Below are positions 8,124 through 16,796 of a stretch of DNA of 37,014 bases, piece after piece. The translations under genes and the position numbers were made by a program. Every line of letters begins with the position of its first letter. Positions within the stretch are counted from its first letter, which is position 1. The stretch lies in the NCBI GenBank assembly GCA_045613165.1, contig JAZLAK010000093.1, positions 1-37,014 on the forward strand, written 5' to 3'. This DNA is from Bacilli bacterium. Its GTDB lineage: Bacteria > Bacillota_I > Bacilli_A > RF39 > UBA660. Below the pieces are notes generated by a model. The model did not search any database and was not told the DNA's origin. It was given only the letters and a program-made list of their open reading frames with translations.

Positions 8124-9494
8124 ATGGATATAAAAGAGATATTAAAGAATAAAAAAATAGGAGATAAAGTAACTGTTAGTGGATGGATAAGAAATCATAG
8201 AAAACAAGCTAAATTTGGTTTTATCGATTTAAATGATGGTACTTGTTATAACAGTTTACAAGTAGTTTATAATGATGATTTAGATTGTTTTGAAGAATTA
8301 ACTAAATTAAAATTAGGTGCTGCTATAACAGTTAATGGAACAGTTATAGAATCTCCTGCAAGCGGACAAGATGTAGAATTAGAATTAGAGAGTTTTGTTT
8401 TGGAAGGTGATTGTGATGATGATTATCCATTACAAGCAAAAGGGAGACCTACAAGAGAATATTTAAGAGAAATAGCATATTTAAGACCAAGAACTAATCT
8501 ATTTAGAGCGGTTTTTAGAATTAGAAGTGTTGCAGCATATGCTATACATAAATATTTCCAAGAAAACGGATTTGTTTATTTTCACGCTCCATTAATTACA
8601 GCAAGTGATTGTGAAGGTGCTGGAGAAATGTTTAGAGTTACTACTCTAGATCTACAAAGAGTTGCTTCATCAGGAAAAGTAGAAAATGATAAAGACTTTT
8701 TTGGAAAAGAAGCAGCATTAACTGTAAGTGGACAATTACAAGCAGAAACTTTCGCTTTAGCTTATAAGAAAACTTATACATTTGGACCTACATTTAGAGC
8801 TGAAAATTCAAACACTAAAACTCATGCAAGTGAATTCTGGATGATAGAACCTGAAATGGCTTTTACTGACTTAAATGGCGATATGGAAATTATGGAAAGT
8901 ATGTTAAAATATGTAGTTCAATATGTTTTAGATAATGCTAAAGAAGAAATAGAATTCTGTGATAAATTCGTTGAAAAAGGTTTAATTGAAAAATTAACTA
9001 AGTTAGTAAACAGTGAATTTACTAGAATTACTCATAAAGATGTTATAACTCTTTTAAAAAATGCTGATGTTAAATGGGAATTTGAGCCTGAATATGGTGA
9101 AGATATCGCTAAAGAGCATGAAAAATATATTACAGAATACTTTAATGGACCAGTGTTTATAACAAATTGGCCTAAAGATATTAAAGCATTCTACATGAAA
9201 CAAAATGAAGATGGAGAAACTGTTGCAGCAGTAGATCTAGAAGTTCCAGGAGCTGGAGAATTAATGGGCGGAAGCCAAAGAGAAGAAAACTATGAAAAAT
9301 TAGTTGCACGTATGAAAGAACTAGATATGGATGAAAAATCTTTAGAATGGTACTTAAATTTAAGAAGATTTGGTGGATGTACTCATTCAGGATTTGGAAT
9401 GGGATTTGAAAGATTACTTATATATCTAACTGGAGTAGAAAATATAAGAGATGTTATACCATATCCTAGAACTCCAGGAAATTGTGAGTATTAA
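8124..9494 (+). CDS. asnS: Asparaginyl-tRNA synthetase
   Basis: It has an N-terminal OB fold, then LRPRTNLFRAVFRIRS...FHAPLITASDCEGAGEMFRV, FGPTFRAENSNT and GGSQRE...HSGFGMGFERL. These are AsnRS-type class IIb motifs. The gene starts 10 nt after hisS, preceded by a GGGTGAG RBS. Confidence 0.9.
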   Translation: MDIKEILKNKKIGDKVTVSGWIRNHRKQAKFGFIDLNDGTCYNSLQVVYNDDLDCFEELTKLKLGAAITVNGTVIESPASGQDVELELESFVLEGDCDDDYPLQAKGRPTREYLREIAYLRPRTNLFRAVFRIRSVAAYAIHKYFQENGFVYFHAPLITASDCEGAGEMFRVTTLDLQRVASSGKVENDKDFFGKEAALTVSGQLQAETFALAYKKTYTFGPTFRAENSNTKTHASEFWMIEPEMAFTDLNGDMEIMESMLKYVVQYVLDNAKEEIEFCDKFVEKGLIEKLTKLVNSEFTRITHKDVITLLKNADVKWEFEPEYGEDIAKEHEKYITEYFNGPVFITNWPKDIKAFYMKQNEDGETVAAVDLEVPGAGELMGGSQREENYEKLVARMKELDMDEKSLEWYLNLRRFGGCTHSGFGMGFERLLIYLTGVENIRDVIPYPRTPGNCEY

Positions 9495-9513
9495 CACTAT
9501 ATATAAAAAGTTA

Positions 9514-9542
9514 TTGATATAAACTATAGATATTGTTATAAT
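9514..9542 (+). promoter_or_regulatory. Consensus-like sigma-A promoter (sense, drives the small hydrophobic ORF)
   Basis: TTGATA (9514-9519), a 17-nt spacer, then TATAAT (9537-9542). Confidence 0.7.
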
Positions 9543-9609
9543 TAAATTCAGGAACATTGAGTTGTTGGGTGTCTACCTCTTACTCAAATAGAGAGGAGGT
9601 TTGATAAGA

Positions 9610-9702
9610 ATGAATAAAAGAGTCTTTGTAATAGAAGTTCTCAAATATTTATCTATCATTTTATCGCTCCTTATCATTATGATAATAGCCATAAAAAAAT
9701 GA
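9610..9702 (+). CDS. 30-aa hydrophobic peptide, candidate type I toxin
   Basis: GAGAGGAGG (9591-9599) lies 10 nt before ATG 9610. Translation by hand gives MNKRVFVIEVLKYLSIILSLLIIMIIAIKK, ending at TGA: one transmembrane helix with a Lys-Lys tail. It has its own promoter and terminator and a convergent antisense promoter. It was not in the ORF track because it is too short. Confidence 0.55.
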   Translation: MNKRVFVIEVLKYLSIILSLLIIMIIAIKK

Positions 9703-9802
9703 CACTTAAGCATTTAGCTTAAATGTCTCAACCAATTTGGGTAGACATTCAACATGAAAAAACTGAATGTTCCCTTTTTTATTATATGAAGTTTCGCTTC
9801 AT
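9693..9802 (-). ncRNA. Predicted antisense RNA (~110 nt, ends approximate), candidate type I antitoxin
   Basis: It would start about 7 nt downstream of the minus-strand TATAAT. It would end at the minus-strand terminator: hairpin 9727-9701 (GACATTTAAGC-TAAAT-GCTTAAGTGTC, one mismatch) followed by ATTTTTTTA (9700-9692). It is complementary to the last 3 codons and the whole 3' UTR of the small ORF. Confidence 0.45.
9744..9781 (+). terminator. Hairpin plus T-run ending the small-ORF transcript
   Basis: ACATTCA (9745-9751) pairs with TGAATGT (9764-9770), followed by TCCC and TTTTTT (9775-9780). The 3' arm can alternatively pair with the 5' UTR (9551-9563). Confidence 0.55.
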
Positions 9803-9808
9803 AAATAC

Positions 9809-9837
9809 ATTATAACATAATTCTTTCTTTATATCAA
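9809..9837 (-). promoter_or_regulatory. Consensus sigma-A promoter on the minus strand, convergent with the small ORF
   Basis: Read on the minus strand: TTGATA (9837-9832), a 17-nt spacer, then TGT-TATAAT (extended -10; hexamer at 9814-9809). It sits only about 20 nt upstream of the aspS start and points away from aspS. Confidence 0.65.
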
Positions 9838-9856
9838 ATTAATAAAGGAGTATGTT

Positions 9857-11611
9857 ATGAAAAAAATATTTAATAATGAAATAAATGAAACTTATATTAA
9901 TCAAACAATTGAATTAACCGGATGGGTTAATCGTGTTAGAAATTTAGGTGGATTATTATTTATAGATTTAAGAGATAGAACCGGTATTATTCAACTTGTA
10001 GTTAATCCTGAAAATGAATTCTACGAAACTGCTACCAACTTAAAAAATGAATATGTTATAAGAGTTTCTGGTAAAGTAGTTGAAAGAATTAGTGCGAATG
10101 AAAAAATAGATACAGGTAAAATAGAAGTAATAGTAGAAAATTTAACAGTTTTAAATAAATCTAATGAAACACCATTTCAAATTATTGATGATGTAAATTC
10201 TACTGAAGAAACTAGATTAAAATATAGATATTTAGATATAAGAAGACCATCATTAACAAATAATTTAGTTTTAAGACACAAAATAACTATGTCTATTAGA
10301 AATTATTTAGATAAGTTAAACTTCTTAGAAGTTGAAACACCAATACTTTGTAAAAGTACACCAGAAGGTGCTAGAGACTATTTAGTACCATCACGTATTT
10401 TTAACGGAAAATTCTTTGCATTGCCTCAATCACCTCAAATCTATAAACAATTATTAATGGTTGGAGGAATTGAAAGATATTTCCAAATAGCAAAATGTTT
10501 TAGAGATGAAGATCTACGAGCAGATAGACAACCTGAATTCACACAAGTAGATGTTGAAATGAGTTTTGTTGAAGAAAACGACGTAATGACTCTATGTGAA
10601 AATCTAGTTGCAAATGTATTTAAAGAAGTACGCGGTATAGATATTAAATTACCATTACTACGTATGAAATATGATGATGCAATAAATATGTATGGTAGTG
10701 ATAAACCTGATTTAAGATTTGATATGCATATAAATGATATAACAAATATATTTGAAAATACTAATTGTGAATTCTTAAAAAATACTATTGAAACTAACGG
10801 AATTATTAACGCTATAGTAGTAAGAAATTTAGCTGATAAATATTCTAGAAAAGAAATAGATAAATTAACTGATTATGTTAAAAAATACAAAGCTAGTGGA
10901 TTAGCTTACATTAAATATGGTGAAGAAATTACCGGAAGTCTAGTAAAATCATTAAGTGAAGAAGAAATAAATGCTATCAAAGATAGTTTAGGTGTATTAG
11001 ATAATGATATTGTATTTATAATAAGTGGAAAGAAAAATATAGTTAAAACATCTTTAGGAGCATTAAGATGTAAAGTTGCTAAAGATAATAACTTAATAAA
11101 ACAAGACGATTACAAACTTCTATGGGTAACAGATTTTCCTTCATTTGATTGGAGCGAAGAAGAAAATAGATTTATGGCATGCCATCATCCTTTTACAGCA
11201 CCAAAAGATGAAGATATTGAAAAACTATTAACTGATAAAGCAAATTGTTATTCTAAAGCCTACGATATCGTAATTAATGGATATGAAGCTGGTGGTGGAA
11301 GCATAAGAATTCATGATGAGAATGTACAAGAAAAAATGTTTGAAGCTTTAGAGTTGACTAAAGAAGATATAAATGAAAAATTCGGTTTCTTTGTAGATGC
11401 TTTAAAATTTGGTACACCTCCGCATGGTGGTTTCGCATTAGGACTTGATAGATTAACAATGTTATTAGCTGGTACTGAAAATATAAGAGATGTAATTGCA
11501 TTCCCTAAAACAGCATCTAGTAGCGATTTAATGAGCGAAGCTCCAAATAATGTTGATGAATACCAATTAAAAGAATTAGGAATAGAAATAAGCGGTGACA
11601 AAAATGAGTAA
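9857..11611 (+). CDS. aspS: Aspartyl-tRNA synthetase, bacterial type
   Basis: It has 584 aa with an OB fold, FQIAKCFRDEDLRADRQPEFTQVD, the bacterial insertion domain, and GGGSIRIH...HGGFALGLDRL. RBS is AAAGGAG. Confidence 0.93.
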   Translation: MKKIFNNEINETYINQTIELTGWVNRVRNLGGLLFIDLRDRTGIIQLVVNPENEFYETATNLKNEYVIRVSGKVVERISANEKIDTGKIEVIVENLTVLNKSNETPFQIIDDVNSTEETRLKYRYLDIRRPSLTNNLVLRHKITMSIRNYLDKLNFLEVETPILCKSTPEGARDYLVPSRIFNGKFFALPQSPQIYKQLLMVGGIERYFQIAKCFRDEDLRADRQPEFTQVDVEMSFVEENDVMTLCENLVANVFKEVRGIDIKLPLLRMKYDDAINMYGSDKPDLRFDMHINDITNIFENTNCEFLKNTIETNGIINAIVVRNLADKYSRKEIDKLTDYVKKYKASGLAYIKYGEEITGSLVKSLSEEEINAIKDSLGVLDNDIVFIISGKKNIVKTSLGALRCKVAKDNNLIKQDDYKLLWVTDFPSFDWSEEENRFMACHHPFTAPKDEDIEKLLTDKANCYSKAYDIVINGYEAGGGSIRIHDENVQEKMFEALELTKEDINEKFGFFVDALKFGTPPHGGFALGLDRLTMLLAGTENIRDVIAFPKTASSSDLMSEAPNNVDEYQLKELGIEISGDKNE

Positions 11612-11897
11612 ATTTACAAAAGAAATGATTGATAATTATGCAGATAAACTACTTATTGGATTAACAGAAGAAGAAAATGAAACAGTTTTAAATGAATTTG
11701 AAATAATCGAAGCACGTATGAATTTAATAAATGAAATAGAAGGCTTAAGCGAAGTTGAACCAATGCATTATCCATTTACTATTGAATCAAAACCACGTGA
11801 TGGTAAAGAAATAAAGAATGATAATGTAGAAGACCTACTTAAAAATAGTGATAAAGTAAGCGATAGAGAAATAGAAGTTCCAAAGGTGGTGGGATAA
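11604..11897 (+). CDS. gatC: Asp/Glu-tRNA amidotransferase subunit C
   Basis: The 97-aa product is colinear in length and layout with Bacillus GatC. ATG 11604 overlaps the aspS stop (11609-11611). The ORF-track GTG 11595 is a possible but less likely start. Confidence 0.8.
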   Translation: MSKFTKEMIDNYADKLLIGLTEEENETVLNEFEIIEARMNLINEIEGLSEVEPMHYPFTIESKPRDGKEIKNDNVEDLLKNSDKVSDREIEVPKVVG

Positions 11898-13351
11898 TGG
11901 ACTCAGTAATATTAGATTTACATAATAAATTAAAAAACAACGAAATCACAAGCGAAGAACTTATTAAAGAAACTTTAGAAAAATCTAAAAATATACAAAA
12001 CGACTTAAATCCATTTGTCACTATTTGCGAAGAAACAAACATTCCTAAATCAATTGATAATGTACTATCAGGAATACCTTATGTAGCAAAAGATAACTTA
12101 TCTACAAAAGATATTTTATCTACAGGAAGTAGCAATACTTTAAAAGATTACGTTCCATTTTTTGATGCAACTGTTATAGAAAGATTGAATAAAAAGAACG
12201 CATGTTTAATTGGTAAAAGTGCTATGGACGAATTAGGACTAGGTGGTACAGGTACTACTTGTCATACTGGCGTCACAAAAAATCCTTGGGACAAAACAAG
12301 AATAACCGGAGGATCAAGTTCTGGTTCTGCTTGTTTAGTTGCAAGCGGTGTCGTTCCATTTGCATTGGGAAGTGATACAGGCGATTCAATTAGAAAACCA
12401 GCTGCATATTGTGGTATCGTTGGATACAAACCAACTTATGGTGCAATAAGTAGATTTGGATTATTTCCTTTCGCATCTAGTTTAGACCATGTTGGCGTTT
12501 TAACAAGAACTGTTAAGGATGCTGCTATAGTAGTTGACAATGTTGTTGGTATAGATGAGAATGATATGACTTCTATAGACTTAAAATCAAACTTAACTGA
12601 ATCTTTAACAAACAATATAAGTGGTAAAAAATTATTTTATATAAAAAATATGCTTGATATAAACAATTATGAAAATCCTAGCGATGATCTAAAAAATATA
12701 ATAAATGAATTTAATAAAACTATTGAATTAGCACGTTCTTTAGGCGCAACTGTGGATAGTGTTGAATTTGATCAAAATTTATTGAATGCAATTTTTCCAA
12801 TATATCAATGTATTTCTTGCGCAGAAGCTACAAGTAATGATTCTAACTTAACAGGAATAATATTTGGGCCTAGAGGTGAAGGCGAGAATTATATTGATAT
12901 GATTAAAAATCATAGAACTAATGGATTCTGTTCTTTAATAAAAAGACGTTTCATAATAGGCTCATATGTATTACAAAAAGAAAATCAAGAAAAGTATTTC
13001 TTAAATGCAAAAAGAGTTAGAAGATTATTAGTAGAAAAATTTAATGAATTATTTAAAACTTATGATGCTATGATTATGCCTGCTGCCGGATCAATTGCAC
13101 CAAAAATAGATAGTATCAACGAAGTAATTAATGGTACAGGTTCGATGCAAGAAGTATTAGAAAATTATATGGCAATCGGTAACTTTGGCGGATATCCTAG
13201 TATAACAATTCCAAATGGCTTTGTTAGTGGTATGCCTATAGGAATAAACTTAACTGGAGCAGTTTATGAAGATGCGAATGTACTTAATATTGCTTATACA
13301 TTAGAAAGTAATATGAATTATAGAAATCAAATAGCAAAGGAAGTGGAATAA
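11897..13351 (+). CDS. gatA: Asp/Glu-tRNA amidotransferase subunit A
   Basis: The amidase signature GGSSSGSA and GSDTGDSIRKPA are present. Its ATG shares one base with the gatC TAA (TAATG). Confidence 0.92.
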   Translation: MDSVILDLHNKLKNNEITSEELIKETLEKSKNIQNDLNPFVTICEETNIPKSIDNVLSGIPYVAKDNLSTKDILSTGSSNTLKDYVPFFDATVIERLNKKNACLIGKSAMDELGLGGTGTTCHTGVTKNPWDKTRITGGSSSGSACLVASGVVPFALGSDTGDSIRKPAAYCGIVGYKPTYGAISRFGLFPFASSLDHVGVLTRTVKDAAIVVDNVVGIDENDMTSIDLKSNLTESLTNNISGKKLFYIKNMLDINNYENPSDDLKNIINEFNKTIELARSLGATVDSVEFDQNLLNAIFPIYQCISCAEATSNDSNLTGIIFGPRGEGENYIDMIKNHRTNGFCSLIKRRFIIGSYVLQKENQEKYFLNAKRVRRLLVEKFNELFKTYDAMIMPAAGSIAPKIDSINEVINGTGSMQEVLENYMAIGNFGGYPSITIPNGFVSGMPIGINLTGAVYEDANVLNIAYTLESNMNYRNQIAKEVE

Positions 13352-14784
13352 TGGAACTTATACCTGTAATAGGTTTAGAAATGCACGCTGAGATGAAAAG
13401 TACAACAAAAGTATTCTCACCAGCAGAAAACACTTATAACGACATTTCTAACCTACATGTTAATAAAATAGATATGGCTTTCCCTGGTATACTTCCTCTT
13501 GTTAATATGGAATGTATGGAAAAAGCAATTGAAATGGCTCTAATTCTAAATTGTAATATTCCTAAAATATTTATGTTTGATAGAAAAAATTATTATTATC
13601 CAGATTTACCAAAAGGTTACCAAATAACTCAATTCAATAAACCAATTGGTACAAATGGTTATTTAACTATTGATGTAGATGGCGAAGAAAAAAAAGTAGA
13701 AATATTAGATATTCATTTAGAAGAAGATTCAGCATCTTTAGACCATTACTCATACTTTTCGCTAATCGATTATAATAGAGCGGGTGTTCCTTTATTAGAA
13801 ACTGTTTCAGCGCCTTGTATACATTCTAGTAAAGAAGCAGTAGCATTCTTAGACACAATGAAAAATATATTTAGATATACTGGAATAAGCGATGCTGATA
13901 TAAAAAGAGGACAAATAAGATGTGATGTTAACGTATCAATGATGGAAAAAGGTTCTAGTGAATTTGGTACTAAAGTAGAAGTTAAAAATGTAAATAATAT
14001 TGCAAATGTTGCAGCAACAATTGAATATGAAATAAAAAGACAAACCGAACTTATTTCAGCTGGAAGAAAAGATGAAATAGTACAAGAAACTAGAAGATAT
14101 GATGAAGCAACGAATACAACAATTTCAATGCGTAGCAAAGCTGATGCTATAGATTATAAATACTTTGTAGAACCAAACATCCCTCCTTTTAATATAAGTG
14201 ATGAATTAGTTGAAGAAATTAAATCAAGAATACCAGTTTTACCAAACGAAAAGAAATTAAAATATATTAATGAACTTAATTTAAGTAGCATAGAAGCCAA
14301 TATAATTGTTAAAGATAAAGAAGTAAGTGATTATTTTGATAAATTAATTGAATTAGGTACAGATATTAAACTAAGTACTAACTGGGTTATTAATCAAGTA
14401 ACTGATTACATAAATAACAATGATATAAACATAAGTGAATTATATTTAAATCCTGAAAGATTAAAATATATTATTGATCAAGTAATTAGTAATAAAATTA
14501 GTAATAAACAAGCTAAAGAATTATTTTCTAAATCATTAGAATTAAATCGTGAACCTAGCGAGCTAATTAAAGAACTAGGTATGGAACAATTAAATGATAG
14601 TGATGAATTAAGAACATTGATAATTAGTCTACTTGATAATAATAAAACACAAGTAGAGGAATACAAAAATGGTAAAACTAATATGTTCCAATTCTTTGTA
14701 GGACAAGTAATGAAAGAAACAAAAGGTAAAGCAAATCCAGTAATGGTTAAAGAAATTCTAACTGAAGAAATAAGCAACAGATAA
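13351..14784 (+). CDS. gatB: Asp/Glu-tRNA amidotransferase subunit B
   Basis: VIGLEMHAEM, KNYYYPDLPKGYQITQ, IHLEEDSA and RCDVNVS are present, and the C-terminus has a YqeY-like tail. Its ATG shares one base with the gatA TAA. Confidence 0.92.
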   Translation: MELIPVIGLEMHAEMKSTTKVFSPAENTYNDISNLHVNKIDMAFPGILPLVNMECMEKAIEMALILNCNIPKIFMFDRKNYYYPDLPKGYQITQFNKPIGTNGYLTIDVDGEEKKVEILDIHLEEDSASLDHYSYFSLIDYNRAGVPLLETVSAPCIHSSKEAVAFLDTMKNIFRYTGISDADIKRGQIRCDVNVSMMEKGSSEFGTKVEVKNVNNIANVAATIEYEIKRQTELISAGRKDEIVQETRRYDEATNTTISMRSKADAIDYKYFVEPNIPPFNISDELVEEIKSRIPVLPNEKKLKYINELNLSSIEANIIVKDKEVSDYFDKLIELGTDIKLSTNWVINQVTDYINNNDINISELYLNPERLKYIIDQVISNKISNKQAKELFSKSLELNREPSELIKELGMEQLNDSDELRTLIISLLDNNKTQVEEYKNGKTNMFQFFVGQVMKETKGKANPVMVKEILTEEISNR

Positions 14785-14800
14785 TGTTGCTTATTTAGTT
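14771..14800 (+). terminator. Hairpin at the end of gatB
   Basis: TAAGCAACA (14771-14779) pairs with TGTTGCTTA (14785-14793) around loop GATAA, which spans the stop codon. An interrupted T-run follows. Confidence 0.55.
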
Positions 14801-14828
14801 TGACGTTTATATATAAAAGTAATATAAT
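14800..14828 (+). promoter_or_regulatory. Sigma-A promoter for the DHH gene
   Basis: TTGACG (14800-14805), a 17-nt spacer, then TATAAT (14823-14828). The ORF-track TTG start at 14800 is this -35 box. Confidence 0.65.
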
Positions 14829-14847
14829 AATTTTTACAGGTGATAAA

Positions 14848-15843
14848 ATGCAAACGATCAAAGAGTTGAAAAGCATTATTGAAAATCAAATAAATGAATA
14901 CAATAACATTTTTATAACTTTTCATAATTGTTCAGATATTGATGCTATTGCGTCTGCACTGGGCTTAAGTTGTATATTAAAAAAATTAGATAAAGAACCT
15001 TTTATAATATTAAATGAAAATTATAGTGAATTAGAAAGCGGAGTAAAAAAAATTATAGATAACGAAACAAGAAATTATAATCTAATTTCTTTAAATGAAT
15101 ATAACGAAATAAAAAGTAGCGATGATTTATTAATAGTATTAGATGTTAATAAAGAAAAACAAATTTGCTGTAAAGATTATATTAAAGAATTTAAAGATGT
15201 AATTATTATCGATCACCATAAAGAAGATGAAGGTACAATAGCAACAAAATATAAATACATAAAAGAAGTTTCTAGCACTAGTGAAATAATAATTGAATTA
15301 TTAAATTTATTTAAAGTAAAAATAAAAGAAAATTTAGCAAATTATTTAATGGCAGGTATATATTTAGACACAAATAAATATTCCTTTAATTGTTCATATA
15401 GAACCATGGAATTAATATCTAAATTATTAAAAAATGGTGCTGACTCTAAAAAAATTAATGAATTATTTGAAGTTGATTTTTTTAGTGATAGAAAAATACA
15501 AGAATTAATTAGCAAAGCAACTTTTATTGCGGAAAATATAGCAATATGCATTGCTGATGAAAATGTTAGATATACTAAAGCTGAACTAGCTAAAGCAGCT
15601 GACTATTTATTACACTATAAGATAGATGCAGTTTTTGCCGCTGGATTTATAGACGATGAAATAATATCGATAAGCGCTAGAAGTAAAGGGGAAATTGATG
15701 TTAGTGACATTATGAAAAATTTAGGTGGTGGAGGCCATATTTATTCTGCTGCTACAGAACTTAAAAATATAGATTTTAATGACATTAGTAAAAAGTTAGA
15801 ATTAGCTTTAAAACCAATATCTAAAAATGATGAAAAAAAATAA
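14848..15843 (+). CDS. DHH-family phosphoesterase (NrnA-like)
   Basis: Present are DIDAIASALGL, the DHH motif IIIDHHKEDE, and the DHHA1 motif NLGGGGHIYSAA. AGGTGA precedes ATG 14848 (MQTIKEL...). Confidence 0.8.
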   Translation: MQTIKELKSIIENQINEYNNIFITFHNCSDIDAIASALGLSCILKKLDKEPFIILNENYSELESGVKKIIDNETRNYNLISLNEYNEIKSSDDLLIVLDVNKEKQICCKDYIKEFKDVIIIDHHKEDEGTIATKYKYIKEVSSTSEIIIELLNLFKVKIKENLANYLMAGIYLDTNKYSFNCSYRTMELISKLLKNGADSKKINELFEVDFFSDRKIQELISKATFIAENIAICIADENVRYTKAELAKAADYLLHYKIDAVFAAGFIDDEIISISARSKGEIDVSDIMKNLGGGGHIYSAATELKNIDFNDISKKLELALKPISKNDEKK

Positions 15844-15870
15844 ACGAACAAAAATAATGTTCGTTTTTAT
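15842..15870. terminator. Bidirectional terminator between convergent genes
   Basis: AAACGAACA (15842-15850) pairs with TGTTCGTTT (15858-15866). The hairpin has a T-run on the plus strand and an A-run before it. Confidence 0.7.
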
Positions 15871-15871
15871 A

Positions 15872-16681
15872 TTAAAGAAGATATTTATCAAAGAATTTTG
15901 CTATACCTTCATCATCGTTAGTATTTGTAACATATGTAGCTATACCCTTAATTTCGTCTAAAGCATTTCCCATAGCAATTTTTATACCACACGCATTAAA
16001 CATATCTATATCATTTATGCTATCTCCAAAACATATAGCATCATTAGAATCAATTTTTAATTCTTTCAATAAAAATTTTATAGCATTACCTTTATTTACA
16101 TTAATTTTTACAATATCAAACCAATGATTGCCATTATCTTTATTTTTTAAATAATCATGCGAATAATTTATAACATTAGTATTTTTTAAATCTTTGATTA
16201 TTTCTTCTAATTCTCTCATATTATTATAATTCGAATCCGCTATAACTACTTGAAATATATTTTCATTTTCTAAGAAATCTATATTATCTACAAAAACTTT
16301 AGAATCAGGTCTCAATGTATATTTATTTGCATATCTCTCACTTATAGTGTTAATAACAATAGATAATTTATTACTTTCGCAATAATTCCATAAATATTTA
16401 ACCTCTAAAAAATTCATTTTATCTTCAAATATATTTATTTTATTTTCATAATCGTATATTTCAGCACCATTTGATGATATAGCATACTTGGCTCCAGTCA
16501 ACTCTTTTAAATATTTGCATACATAAGTATTTGTTCTGCCAGAACATAATACTATCTCTATACCATTTTCATGTGCTTTCCTTAATGTTTCAATCGTATT
16601 TTTAGTTAATTCTTGTTTACTATTAGTTAATGTTCCATCTATATCAAAGAAAGCTATTTTTCTATCTAATTTACCCTTCAT
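15872..16681 (-). CDS. Cof-type HAD-IIB family hydrolase (sugar phosphatase-like)
   Basis: Present are the FFDIDGTLT nucleophile motif, LCSGR, and the C-terminal GDSINDIDMF...MGNA motif. Confidence 0.85.
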   Translation of the reverse strand: MKGKLDRKIAFFDIDGTLTNSKQELTKNTIETLRKAHENGIEIVLCSGRTNTYVCKYLKELTGAKYAISSNGAEIYDYENKINIFEDKMNFLEVKYLWNYCESNKLSIVINTISERYANKYTLRPDSKVFVDNIDFLENENIFQVVIADSNYNNMRELEEIIKDLKNTNVINYSHDYLKNKDNGNHWFDIVKINVNKGNAIKFLLKELKIDSNDAICFGDSINDIDMFNACGIKIAMGNALDEIKGIATYVTNTNDDEGIAKFFDKYLL

Positions 16682-16796
16682 TCATTACCACATCCATTAT
16701 ATATTATATAAATTAAATATTTTAATTGCAATAAATTAATAAATGTGGTACTATTGACTTGCTTAGTTTTTAAAGAAAAAGATATTTGGAGGTAAA

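Noticed and set aside
9495-9856. Considered whether the long asnS-aspS spacer is a second T-box (aspS is usually T-box regulated in Firmicutes) or an Asp-codon leader-peptide attenuator.
   Set aside because: There is no GGUGGNACCGCG-like T-box core; the closest stretch is TTTGGGTAGACATT at 9736-9749. There is no AGAGA/GNUGNGA Stem I pattern. The 30-codon ORF contains no Asp codons. The convergent consensus promoters fit a sense/antisense cassette better.
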